DNA of 64,000 bases from Candidatus Binatia bacterium (lineage in GTDB: Bacteria; Desulfobacterota; Binatia; UBA9968; CAXXLF01), in NCBI GenBank assembly GCA_963664015.2, contig CAXXLF010000001.1, positions 128,001 to 192,000 of the forward strand, read 5' to 3'. The first letter of the stretch is position 1. The number at the start of each line of letters is the position of its first letter. The translations under genes and the position numbers were made by a program. The notes beneath the pieces were generated by a model, which did no database searches, had not been told where the DNA came from, and saw only the letters and a program-made list of their open reading frames with translations. Shown piece by piece: positions 10,378 through 19,894 of the stretch.

Positions 10378-11006
10378 ATGTTTATTTTGCAGCTCTATTT
10401 ATTACCTATGCTACTCATGTTTATTCTTCTCCCTGGGGGAGTTGCCAGGCCGATATTTATGCCTACCGCGACACCCGAGGCGTCATGACCTTTACCAACG
10501 CCCCCAGCCATTTAGGCTCCCGAATGGTCCTCAAGGAGGGACCCATGAGGTCTACCCGTAGTAGTACCGCATCCAAGTGCTACGCTCCAATGGTCCGTTC
10601 GGCCGCTAAGCGCTACAGTGTGGATCCTCATCTGGTATGGGCGGTCATCAAGGTCGAATCGGATTTCAATCCGCGGGCGATCTCCCACAAAGGGGCCCGT
10701 GGCCTGATGCAGCTCATTTCCGCTACTGCACGCCAGCACCGAGTCAAAGACATCCATGACCCTAATGAGAATATTCGCGCCGGTGTACGTCATCTTCGTT
10801 TGGCCCTAGACCGCTTCGATGGCAATGTGCGTCTGGGTCTGGCTGCCTACAACGCCGGGATCAAGGCCGTGGGAAAGTATAAGAACGTCCCTCCGTTCTC
10901 GGAAACAAGAAAATACGTTAAGCGAGTCTTACGCTATTACAACCTCTATCGGACCCAGGGGACCGTTCTAGCGGGGTACGAATTAGGGGAATCGAAAACC
11001 TATTGA
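10378..11006 (+). CDS. Lytic transglycosylase (SLT domain) with N-terminal DUF4124-like segment; apparent 1-nt frameshift in the signal region
   Basis: AVIKVESDF, GARGLMQL and LAAYNAG SLT motifs. ADIYAYRDTRGVMTFTNAP is in the downstream frame, while the hydrophobic signal from ATG 10378 is in another frame. One extra G in G5 (10435-10439) joins them. Confidence 0.8.
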
Positions 11007-11019
11007 GTATTTCAGTTCT

Positions 11020-11583
11020 ATGTGGACCCTACCAAATCTGATTAGCCTTTTCCGGATGGCCCTCGTCCCGTTTTTAGTTTATCTCTTGACGGGTACGGAT
11101 CGGCTCTCAAGCGCTCTGGCCGCCCTCTTATTTTTAGTCGCGTCCGCTACGGATTATTTGGATGGCTTTCTGGCACGGCGCTACGGCATGATGTCAGATC
11201 TTGGGAAGGTCTTGGATCCCCTCGCCGATAAATTAATGATTGTAGCAGCTCTGATCATGTTGGCAGCCATGCACCGATCCGGTGACGGGGGTGTACCTGC
11301 CTGGCTGGTGGTCATGGTAGTCGGCCGTGAAACTGCGGTGACGATTCTTCGCGGTATCGCCCTGACGGAGGGCATTGTGATGGAAGCCGAAGGGCTTGGT
11401 AAATATAAGTTCATCATGCAGGTCTTTGCAGTCTTTGCCCTGGTCCTGCACTACCCGTACCTGGGGCTCGATTTTTACGTAGTTGGGATGTACTTTCTCT
11501 TCATTGCTACCATGGTTGCCATTTGGTCCGCGATTAATTATCATATCAAGTTCTTCCGGCTGGTATATTATAAAAGCGCGTGA
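11020..11583 (+). CDS. pgsA: CDP-diacylglycerol--glycerol-3-phosphate 3-phosphatidyltransferase
   Basis: LPNLISLFR and DYLDGFLARR...GKVLDPLADK CDP-alcohol phosphatidyltransferase motif; followed by tRNA-Gly as in many bacteria. Confidence 0.92.
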   Translation: MWTLPNLISLFRMALVPFLVYLLTGTDRLSSALAALLFLVASATDYLDGFLARRYGMMSDLGKVLDPLADKLMIVAALIMLAAMHRSGDGGVPAWLVVMVVGRETAVTILRGIALTEGIVMEAEGLGKYKFIMQVFAVFALVLHYPYLGLDFYVVGMYFLFIATMVAIWSAINYHIKFFRLVYYKSA

Positions 11584-11637
11584 CAACCCTTCAGTAAAAT
11601 GACAAAGGGACACCTTTCGTGTAGGAAAAATTTAGAT

Positions 11638-11714
11638 GCGGGTGTAGCTCAGTTGGCTAGAGCGTATGCTTGCCAAGCATAAGGTCGCCGGTTCGACCCC
11701 GGTCACCCGCTCCA
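11638..11714 (+). tRNA. tRNA-Gly(GCC)
   Basis: GCGGGTG/CACCCGC acceptor stem, anticodon arm TATGC-TTGCCAA-GCATA, GGTTCGA T-loop, encoded CCA. Confidence 0.97.
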
Positions 11715-11747
11715 TTTTTCCTATCTCAGCCCCACAGCAATTTTCTT

Positions 11748-12482
11748 TTATTTTACATTCGGCCTTTCGGATCTAGTGTATTCTCCCCAAAGGGCATCCC
11801 GATTGTCAAAATCCACCAGCGTACGAAGGGTCGCAAAAGTGGGAAAGTCCATACGGACTCCTCCTTGGTCCAAGAGCGCCAGGGATTTCTCAGGTGTGAT
11901 CCGCATAGACTCGAATGAGGAATCCCCGCTTGAGGGACATTCCACGGGGTAGGGGAGGCGAGCCAGAAAGATACGGGTACCATGGGTTGGAGGAGTAAGT
12001 CCTCCCGAATTCCAATGGGAGAAATAAGCGAGCCGATTCAGGTCACAGTACAGACCTTCGGATTCCAGGAAGGTCATGAAATCCAGATTTCCGTCGATTA
12101 ACAGACTGTACTTTTCCCTGAAGTTTTGTGTTAGGGGCCCCCGACCAAAGTCTGGGGATCCCCCATCCTTCGTCGTACAGAGCAGGACTCCATGGTCCTC
12201 ATACAGTATGCGCGCCGCGGCCACCCAGAAACCCAGCGCACGCTCGGGGGCCAATTCGCTGCCAAGAATCCGTCGTGCCCGAGCGCCATCCAATCCCATA
12301 CAACATGCCGCCATTCTGCCGATACAATCCTCCCTTTTGACAGTCCCACGGGGAAAGGAAAGGACCTCTGAAGGCTCCCCGCTAGGTCGGCCATGAAACA
12401 TCAAGAGCTCCAGCCCCTCCCTGCCGTCAGGAGCCAGGGCAACCACGACAACACCCCCTGTTGAAGCCCCATTGACCTGCAT
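11748..12482 (-). CDS. NUDIX-hydrolase-like protein with degenerate Nudix box
   Basis: FPRGTVKRED...AAARILYEDHGVLL, YFSHW, TRIFLA and FPTFATL resemble NUDT19-like bacterial NUDIX proteins. Confidence 0.6.
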   Translation of the reverse strand: MQVNGASTGGVVVVALAPDGREGLELLMFHGRPSGEPSEVLSFPRGTVKREDCIGRMAACCMGLDGARARRILGSELAPERALGFWVAAARILYEDHGVLLCTTKDGGSPDFGRGPLTQNFREKYSLLIDGNLDFMTFLESEGLYCDLNRLAYFSHWNSGGLTPPTHGTRIFLARLPYPVECPSSGDSSFESMRITPEKSLALLDQGGVRMDFPTFATLRTLVDFDNRDALWGEYTRSERPNVK

Positions 12483-12659
12483 GATACCTCTCTCACCGGA
12501 CGCGTGGCGTCCTTTTCCCTAGTTCCTACCTAGGTTTATAGAATGGAAGGCAATGCTTCACAAGGGAAACCCAGGGTAAGACACAATTGTTTTCATCCTG
12601 CTTTCGTGGTAACTTTCGCCTTCGGTTTGACCTCCCATACGGGAACGGTTCGAAGTCCA

Positions 12660-13979
12660 ATGAAGCTCTATATCCATACATACGGCTGCCAGATGAATCA
12701 GCAGGATTCGGCTCGCATCGTACAGGTGATGAAAAGTGTGGGCTATACACCCACCGACCAGGTCGAGGAAGCGGATCTTATTCTACTCAACACCTGTAGC
12801 GTACGGGACAAAGCGGAACAAAAGGTATACAGCGCTCTTGGTCGATGGCGCGAGCTTAAGGACGCTCGGGAAGGGGTGATCATAGGGGTTGGCGGCTGTG
12901 TTGCCCAGCAAGAAGGGGAGAGCCTCCTACGTCGGGTCCCTTATCTGGATCTGGTCTTCGGAACTCAAAATATACATAAGCTACCCCAGATGGTTCAAGA
13001 GGTTCAGGAATTGGGAACAAGGCCCGTTGAGCTCGCCTTTTATCGCGACCCCCTCTACCTGGAAGATAGCGAAGGCCGGACCGATGTGCACGGACCCAAA
13101 GCCTACGTTACAATTATGCAGGGGTGCAATAAAGTTTGCAGTTTTTGTGTGGTACCGCACGTTCGCGGTCGGGAAATTAGTAGGCCCGCACACGCCATCG
13201 TCCAGGAGGTCCAAAAATTGGTCGAGGACGGTGTTAAGGAGGTCATGCTTTTGGGCCAAAACGTCAATTCCTACGGGAAGAACTCGGTTCAGAAACAGCC
13301 CACTTTTGCAAAACTCCTCCAGAGGATCGACACCATCGACGGATTAGAGCGGATTCGGTTTACCACATCTCATCCTCAAGACCTGTCCCCCGAGCTCATC
13401 GAGGCATACGCAACACTGAAAAAGCTCTGTGAACATCTACATTTGCCTGTACAATCTGGCTCTGACAAAGTGCTCCAGAGGATGCGCAGGGGCTACACCA
13501 TTTCCGACTATAAAGATCGGATCCAACGCCTGCGAGAACGCTGTCCCCAAGTGGCCCTGACCACTGATATCATTGTCGGGTTCCCCGGAGAGACTGAGGA
13601 GGAGTTCCAGGAAACACTGGATATTCTCAGGGAAATCGAGTACGATGAGATTTTCTCGTTCATGTATTCTCCCAGACCCCAAACGGTGGCTGCAAAGCTC
13701 TTTGCAAACGATGTGCCTGAACGGACCAAAAAGTCCAGGTTGTCGTGTGTTCAGAATCTTCAGCGTGAAATCACACTGAGAAAAAACAGGCAAATGATTG
13801 GCGAGATGGTCGAGATCCTGCTTGAGGGAGAGTCCAAGTGGAGAAAAGATCGGATTACGGGCAGAACGAGGACTAACAAGATAGTGAACGTGATGGCCTC
13901 AGATAGCCTTTTAGGTGCGAAAGTCAATGTCCGTATTACCCTTGCATCGGCCAATTCCCTAATTAGTGAGCTAGCTTAA
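12660..13979 (+). CDS. miaB: tRNA i6A37 methylthiotransferase MiaB
   Basis: TYGCQMN, NTCSVRDKAEQK, GGCVAQ, radical SAM CNKVCSFC, RFTTSHP, C-terminal TRAM domain. Confidence 0.96.
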   Translation: MKLYIHTYGCQMNQQDSARIVQVMKSVGYTPTDQVEEADLILLNTCSVRDKAEQKVYSALGRWRELKDAREGVIIGVGGCVAQQEGESLLRRVPYLDLVFGTQNIHKLPQMVQEVQELGTRPVELAFYRDPLYLEDSEGRTDVHGPKAYVTIMQGCNKVCSFCVVPHVRGREISRPAHAIVQEVQKLVEDGVKEVMLLGQNVNSYGKNSVQKQPTFAKLLQRIDTIDGLERIRFTTSHPQDLSPELIEAYATLKKLCEHLHLPVQSGSDKVLQRMRRGYTISDYKDRIQRLRERCPQVALTTDIIVGFPGETEEEFQETLDILREIEYDEIFSFMYSPRPQTVAAKLFANDVPERTKKSRLSCVQNLQREITLRKNRQMIGEMVEILLEGESKWRKDRITGRTRTNKIVNVMASDSLLGAKVNVRITLASANSLISELA

Positions 13980-13993
13980 GGAGGACATCCGCG

Positions 13994-14509
13994 ATGAAAA
14001 AAAGCGATTCCATTCAGATGAACGTTGGCGGGCTCACGCTGGATCCAGTAACCAAGACCCCCATTGTCATTCTGAAGGATGCTGACAACAAATTGAACCT
14101 TCCCATCTGGATCGGTCTGCTTGAGGCCACGGCAATGGCCACAGAGCTGGAGGGAATTCAGATGGCTCGCCCTATGACCCATGACCTCCTTAAAAATACC
14201 CTTTTGGAGGTCGGTGGATCGGTTGAATATATTGAAATTACCGAGTTGAAGGAAAACACCTATTACGCTTTGATCACACTCAACATTGGGGGGAAAGAGT
14301 TGACTGTCGACTCGCGTCCCAGCGATGCGATTGCACTGGCACTCAGAACGAAGAGCCCCATTTATGTCGCCAAGGAAGTCCTGGAAGCATCGAGTTTCCT
14401 CCAACAGGCGGAAGAGGGTAAAGAGCCCGATTTTTCGAATGTTTCCAAGGAAAAATGGGCCGAGATCCTGAAAAATATGTCCCCTGAAGACTTCAAGTAT
14501 AAAACCTGA
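13994..14509 (+). CDS. Bifunctional nuclease family protein (DUF151)
   Basis: LPIWIG, RPMTHDLL and DSRPSDAIALA motifs. Confidence 0.92.
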   Translation: MKKSDSIQMNVGGLTLDPVTKTPIVILKDADNKLNLPIWIGLLEATAMATELEGIQMARPMTHDLLKNTLLEVGGSVEYIEITELKENTYYALITLNIGGKELTVDSRPSDAIALALRTKSPIYVAKEVLEASSFLQQAEEGKEPDFSNVSKEKWAEILKNMSPEDFKYKT

Positions 14510-14558
14510 GATTGGGCCAACCGCAACCACTCAATTCCGGTATTGACCCGCTACCTGA

Positions 14559-15257
14559 ATGCTCCGCACTCGCAAAAGAATAACCCGTAAAGAGATTCGC
14601 AAACCAGACCAGTTCTTTAACTTTACCGGCTGGTTCCTCCGCTTTGTCAAGACAAACCGGGTAGGAATCATTATCATTGCTAGCCTCGTTGTCGCGGCTG
14701 CTGCCGGTGTGGGGGGTTGGCGTTTCTACCAAATTAAGCAGGATGTTCAGGCCGCCCAGGCATACTCAGCCGCCCTAGAGGCCTACCGAAAAGGGCAGTA
14801 CGAAAACACTCTGGACCTTCTCACACGGGTCAACGCGCCCCGCGGCTCTATATACAAGCAACTTACGCTTCTCTACCAAGCTCACAGCCACATCGCATTA
14901 AAGCGGCCATCCGAGGCCATACCGCTACTTACCGAATTTAACGTCCGCGAGCATAGCCAGGCATATTTAAAAGAGATCGGTTTGATGACCCTGGGATACG
15001 CTCAGGAAGCCACCGGCGAATGTATCTCAGCCATTGCCAATTTTGACCGCGCTGCAACACTATCCGGATCACGAGAGGAAGAAGCCATCCTGTCAAAGGC
15101 CCGTTGCAGTACCCAGTTAGGGGACCTCACCGCAGCAGTCGACGCCTACCGAGAATACCTCGCAAGCTTTCCCGGAAGCTCCAATGAATTGGAGATAACA
15201 ATCAAGATTCAGGCACTAGAAGCAAAGCTTGGAAAAGCACCCACGGAGGGCAAATAA
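14559..15257 (+). CDS. Membrane-anchored TPR protein (YfgM-like)
   Basis: RKEIRKPDQF N-terminus, one TM helix, TPR-like Ala/Tyr helical repeats. Confidence 0.75.
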   Translation: MLRTRKRITRKEIRKPDQFFNFTGWFLRFVKTNRVGIIIIASLVVAAAAGVGGWRFYQIKQDVQAAQAYSAALEAYRKGQYENTLDLLTRVNAPRGSIYKQLTLLYQAHSHIALKRPSEAIPLLTEFNVREHSQAYLKEIGLMTLGYAQEATGECISAIANFDRAATLSGSREEEAILSKARCSTQLGDLTAAVDAYREYLASFPGSSNELEITIKIQALEAKLGKAPTEGK

Positions 15258-15300
15258 GATCGGCAGATGCAACGTCTGATAAGAAATATTATGTAAACCT

Positions 15301-15651
15301 TCACTTCTCGCTTGAATCCGCCATACCTAAGCATCCTTTTTCCCCCCTATCCCCTTCTTTACCCTTAACCAAGAAGAGCCTCGTACGCTGCGGGATTTCC
15401 CGCCTCACGTACTCCCACCCGGCCTTGGAAATTGAAACAAGCTCATAGATCCCACGGGGAATCAGCTTTTTCCCGCTCATATCACTGCAGGTGGTCAAGG
15501 AGGCGTGATCGATCCACTGTTTGTGATGGCTACAATTGCCCCTCAAGGGGCGACGGTTCGGTAGCCGCGGCTGAAAGTAGAGACAGTAGCTACAGGTGTG
15601 TTCTGCAGACCGCCTACTCCCCTGTCGGGGCTTCTTTGACTGTTTATTCAT
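15301..15651 (-). CDS. Small Cys-rich hypothetical protein (Cx2Cx16Cx14C)
   Basis: GAGGGG RBS directly after the TAG of the extended SQR-like gene; CSYCLYF...GNC...TC. Confidence 0.6.
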   Translation of the reverse strand: MNKQSKKPRQGSRRSAEHTCSYCLYFQPRLPNRRPLRGNCSHHKQWIDHASLTTCSDMSGKKLIPRGIYELVSISKAGWEYVRREIPQRTRLFLVKGKEGDRGEKGCLGMADSSEK

Positions 15652-15660
15652 GCCCCTCAT

Positions 15661-16812
15661 CTAGAAGTAACGCCACAGGTACCATTTCTCGAAACCTAGC
15701 TTTGCCCAGTAGATCATCCGCGATGGACCCCAGGACCGGGATTCGGTTGCCCCAAAAGGTGGCCATCCTCGAGGATAAATCGTTCGATTTGCTGCAGCGC
15801 GACCCGCGCCACATGCGAGCAGTCATATGGTATGGAGCCTCAGGGTCGTCGGATGGCCCCGCCCTGTAGCCTTCACCGCCAGGTTGTGGGCGACGACGTC
15901 GGCCCCCTGGTGGGCCACCATCCCGGCCTTCGACGCCGGCATATCGGCACAATCCCCTATCGCATAGACGTTGTCCCATTTTGTAGATAGGGTTTCATAA
16001 TCGACCCTCACGCCGTTCTCCGTATCCGCCAGGCCGCAGTCTCTCAAGACCTGCGCCGGTCTATGGGGCGGGATAAGAAACAGTAGATCGTAATCGATCT
16101 TGTACCCGTATAGGCCCAAGACTGTCTTTTTTTCAGGGTCAATGGAATGAACGACGAATTCGTAGTTCTGTTTGATCTTTCTCGCTTTACTCTGCGCGTC
16201 CATCCAGACCACCGGGTCATGGGCCTCCCCGGCGGGCTCAGGATCACGAGTAAAGTATTCGATCTCGACCCTGTCGCGTCGCCCAGCGTCACGATAATAG
16301 CTATCAAGGAGCCATTGGGTTTCATATGGGGCCGGTGGGCACCGGTAGGGTCCCAACGGAATACCAACAACGATTCGGCCTTCCTTGAAATTCTGCAGCG
16401 CCGGTTGAACTCGTAGCGCCGCATCCATCTCCCAGGCGTGGTGCGCACCTTCACTGAATCCCGGAATCATATCGGGCCTCGTCTGCAGACCCAAGGCAAC
16501 AACCAGGTGGTCGTAAGGAACCTTCTGACTGTCCAGCACCACTTCCTGGCGACCCGGGTCGATACCCAGTATCTCCGCTTGAATAACCTTGACCCGACGG
16601 CGTTCCAGTATCCGCAACTTCCTTTTAAGGTCCTCGGGCCTGCGTTGACCAAGCATCAGAAAGAGAAACGAGGGGGTAAAGATATGCTCTTCCCGCCGAT
16701 CGATAAGGATCACATCATGCTTGCCCCCCAGTGAGCGGCCCAGCTTGGTGGCCGCGGCAAGACCCCCGATCCCCCCACCTAAGATAACGATTTGCGCCCG
16801 TCCGTTCATCAT
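15661..16812 (-). CDS. Sulfide:quinone oxidoreductase / FCSD-like FAD-dependent oxidoreductase, probable selenoprotein (UGA at 15823-15825)
   Basis: GGGIGG FAD motif, YRCPPAPYE, YAIGD and KAG. After the TGA the frame stays open for 53 codons and ends in the family-typical GPSRMIYWAKLGFEKWYLWRYF-TAG (383 aa total). Confidence 0.85.
15793..15822 (-). promoter_or_regulatory. Putative bacterial SECIS element
   Basis: mRNA after the UGA: cugcucgca-UGUGGCGCG-GGU-CGCGCUGCA. This is a 9-bp stem (2 G-U pairs) with an apical GGU loop beginning 19 nt after the UGA. Confidence 0.75.
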
Positions 16813-16907
16813 TCTAGCTTAACTCTCCCCCATTCACCCACCCGTCCCTAAGGCCATACGGATCTAACCATCGTACAGAACACTACGAGTGTTAACCCCA
16901 GGCGGCT

Positions 16908-17123
16908 TTATTTCCGCTCCTGCCTCAACTGCCGCCGGCGGGAAATCAATCCCAGGCCCCGGATGCTTCTAAGCCTTTGCTCCCTCCAAGCCCCTTGCTC
17001 CGCCTTTCCCTCATCGGTCAGCTCACGACCGAACCAGGAGGTACTCCGAAGCAGGGATACGAGACACCAATCGGTCAAAGATTTGACCGGTTCCAACATC
17101 CACTCTACAATTCGCTTCAGCAT
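16908..17123 (-). CDS. Small hypothetical protein (71 aa, basic)
   Basis: AGGAG RBS before ATG 17123; same strand as flanking genes; no recognisable motif. Confidence 0.45.
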   Translation of the reverse strand: MLKRIVEWMLEPVKSLTDWCLVSLLRSTSWFGRELTDEGKAEQGAWREQRLRSIRGLGLISRRRQLRQERK

Positions 17124-17202
17124 GATTCTCCTACCTTCGAAGCCTTCGTGTATTCCGACAACGGTTCTGCAAAACACCGGCCATGTTCTGGCGGGAGCAA
17201 GC

Positions 17203-18171
17203 CTAACGTAGAAAGGTGTCTTCCTGCTCCAAGCCCGCTACCGCTTCCTTTATGGCCAGAGTGGTAGGCACCTTGTCTCCCAAGAGCCCAATCTGCCGGA
17301 AGAACTGGCCAATTTGAGCATGGTCCCGTGGCGTCACCTGGGTGTAAGGTCGTACCGGATCACCGATATCAACGCCAAAATGCCGCATTGCCGATTTCAT
17401 GATTGGCGGCAGCCCGTACGCCCCCCATTTACCCGGGAACAGGGAAAAACACCTCTGCCAGTATCTAGCGTGATCCAGGTCGCCGGCCCTAAAGGCCTTG
17501 ACCACCTGGGCGCCGATACGGGTCCCCGGAGGCGGCATCGTGGCACCCGATCCTCCCATCATAAGTGTCGAGAGGAGAGGCTGCATGGTTGTAAAATAAT
17601 GTCCCTTCCCGGCCATTTCGATCTGCTCCACAAGCCGTGTAATCTTGGTAATGTCACGGGAGCTTTCTTTAAAATACTGAACATTGGTCAGCTCGCTGAG
17701 TTTAACAAAGGTCTCGATGGGAGGGTCCGCTCCCGGCCCTGGGTTGTGATACGCAACCACGGGCAACGGGCTGGCGGAGGCGACTTGAGTGAAGTACTCT
17801 ACGATTTCCGCAATGGTGGGCTGCTGCCCCCAAGGTCTCAGCTGCATCAACACCTGGGCCATATCCGCCCCGATGGTGGCGGCATATTCGGCTAATTCGA
17901 TCACTTCATGAGGGGAAGGATTCGAGCACCCGGCTAGTACGGGGACCCGTTTCCCGACCATTTCAGTTCCGATACGAAGCAACTCCTTACGTTGCTCGAG
18001 GGTCAACATGGTATATTCGGCAGCCTCGACAGCAGCAATGGAGATGGCGTCACAGTCCGCTACCAGAAATTCAATTTCATGTTCCAACGCCTTGTAGTTG
18101 ACGCGATCGTCTTCTCCAAAGGGCGTTAGACAGGCTCCAATAATGCCGTTGACTGGCTTCTCCAGTGGCAT
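17203..18171 (-). CDS. DHDPS/NAL-family class I aldolase or dehydratase
   Basis: ACLTPF...VNY, RVPVLAG, Schiff-base Lys in YFKESS; TIM-barrel length. Confidence 0.85.
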   Translation of the reverse strand: MPLEKPVNGIIGACLTPFGEDDRVNYKALEHEIEFLVADCDAISIAAVEAAEYTMLTLEQRKELLRIGTEMVGKRVPVLAGCSNPSPHEVIELAEYAATIGADMAQVLMQLRPWGQQPTIAEIVEYFTQVASASPLPVVAYHNPGPGADPPIETFVKLSELTNVQYFKESSRDITKITRLVEQIEMAGKGHYFTTMQPLLSTLMMGGSGATMPPPGTRIGAQVVKAFRAGDLDHARYWQRCFSLFPGKWGAYGLPPIMKSAMRHFGVDIGDPVRPYTQVTPRDHAQIGQFFRQIGLLGDKVPTTLAIKEAVAGLEQEDTFLR

Positions 18172-18197
18172 AGGATCTCTCCTCTCGTATCGAACGA

Positions 18198-18857
18198 CTA
18201 ACTAAGAATTTCGGCGACGATGCGAGCGTGGGCCGCATCGCTTCCTTTAACCTTAAGGGGAAATGCAAGGATCCGATTTTTTATCCCAACAATTCGACCC
18301 AGATTAGTCACATTCTCGGCGATGAGTACGTCGTGACCCAGCAACATCTTGTGTACAGGGAAATTAAAATCTTTTGGTCGTAGAGGTGTAGGCAGGTCTA
18401 CCGTAATACAATCGATTCCGAATAGCTTGACGCCTCGATCCACAATCCACCGGGCCGCATCAACGGAAAGATAAGGGTGGATATTGTAATCGGGGCTTTC
18501 AAATTTATCGTCCCAGCCCGTATAGAGCATCAGGATGTCGCCCCGGTTGACGGTAACGCCGGATTCCTCCAGTTCCCTTGCCGTTATTTCCTCCCCACCC
18601 TTTTTTTTGACGGCAATGACTGCCCCCGGTCCCATAAAGGAATCCAAAGGAAGTTCCTCTATGGACTTTCCTTCGGCGACGATATGAACCGGTGCGTCCA
18701 CATGGGTTCCTGCATGGCACGGCAGCGACATCACTGTCACGTTTAAGGCGTGCCCCTCCTCCAGGCTAAAGCATCGCTGCACATGGACATCCGGGAGGAC
18801 GGGGATCTTTGGCATCCCATCGTAAATCAAACGTGAAAGATCAACCATCTCGGTCAT
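18198..18857 (-). CDS. Cyclase family protein (kynurenine formamidase-like metal hydrolase)
   Basis: HAGTHVDAPVH motif, GIDCITVD, HKMLL, AENV. Confidence 0.9.
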   Translation of the reverse strand: MTEMVDLSRLIYDGMPKIPVLPDVHVQRCFSLEEGHALNVTVMSLPCHAGTHVDAPVHIVAEGKSIEELPLDSFMGPGAVIAVKKKGGEEITARELEESGVTVNRGDILMLYTGWDDKFESPDYNIHPYLSVDAARWIVDRGVKLFGIDCITVDLPTPLRPKDFNFPVHKMLLGHDVLIAENVTNLGRIVGIKNRILAFPLKVKGSDAAHARIVAEILS

Positions 18858-18874
18858 GAGACTTAATAACCTCC

Positions 18875-19615
18875 TTAGCGCCCATTCCGCCAAGCGGCGT
18901 ATAGGGGATCCAGATCGATGAAGGCACGCTTGATACCGTCGAATGCCAGCCAAAAAATGTCCAGTGTTTTCTGTACTGCGACCCTCACCTGTTCCTGCTG
19001 AGCGTCATCCACAGCATACTTTCTCACGGCCTCGGGCCCAACGCGCATATGTTCCTCGTCCACGCCCATGTGGAGAGTCCAGTATCGAAGATCGTCCGAA
19101 TCCATTGTGAATCCATAGTGATGGATTAGACCGTGAACGATCTTACGCATGCGTAGGCTCGCCGTACCTTCGAGACAAAAGCCTTGGCTGGCGTATAGCT
19201 CAAGCCAAGTCCTCTGGTACATCAGTAGCTCCCGCCAATCCAAAAAAGCCTGTGTCTCGGGTAGCGGCTCCACACGATCCAGTTCTTCCCTGGAATAGCC
19301 AAGCACTCCGGCAAATCGTATGAAAAGACCTTTGTGACTGTCCGTCCCTGTTATTTCTCCGGTTGCTTCCTCGATCACATTCTCAATCCACATCTTTTCC
19401 AAAATCTCGTCATCGGGACAACGCCCCAACATGGCAGCAATGGGCTTTGGAAAGGGTTTAGGGAAAAAAAGGTAGAACTGACCGACAAAACCCTTCAGGG
19501 CCTCGCGATTCATTTCTCCCCTTTCAATCATCCCAATCACAGGATGATCCTTTGAGTGTTTACGAAGAACCATTCCCTGGATTTCTTGGACGAATTCCTC
19601 ACTGGATTGCGGCAT
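18875..19615 (-). CDS. Heme-oxygenase-like diiron oxidase (PqqC/CADD/TenA-like)
   Basis: ENVIEE...H, LEG and WTLHMGVDEEH match the CADD-type E/H/E/H/D/H ligand pattern. Confidence 0.8.
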   Translation of the reverse strand: MPQSSEEFVQEIQGMVLRKHSKDHPVIGMIERGEMNREALKGFVGQFYLFFPKPFPKPIAAMLGRCPDDEILEKMWIENVIEEATGEITGTDSHKGLFIRFAGVLGYSREELDRVEPLPETQAFLDWRELLMYQRTWLELYASQGFCLEGTASLRMRKIVHGLIHHYGFTMDSDDLRYWTLHMGVDEEHMRVGPEAVRKYAVDDAQQEQVRVAVQKTLDIFWLAFDGIKRAFIDLDPLYAAWRNGR

Positions 19616-19894
19616 AGGTTATTCCTCCATGGGTTTGTTCAAGGCCGACACATCGAAACTCAACAATATCAATCCTGAGTTCCAAAGGTTTCAAATTACT
19701 TAAAATCCAGGTGAACCGCAAGCGACAACAGCCCTACCCTCCCCTTCTCAGATTCCGAAGCGGGAGGGCTTAAGTTACTGTAAAGTAAGAGCTCTTACGC
19801 TCATAATGGCCTGATAGGGAGAAGAAAATAACTGATTAGAGGAAGGCGGATTAGGGAGAACCTCCGATCACTTCCGGTTCTCCCGTGGAAGGGG

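Noticed and set aside
15644-15979. 111-aa alternative-frame ORF as a frameshifted SQR tail
   Set aside because: The family-like C-terminus is in the same frame as the main ORF, beyond the TGA
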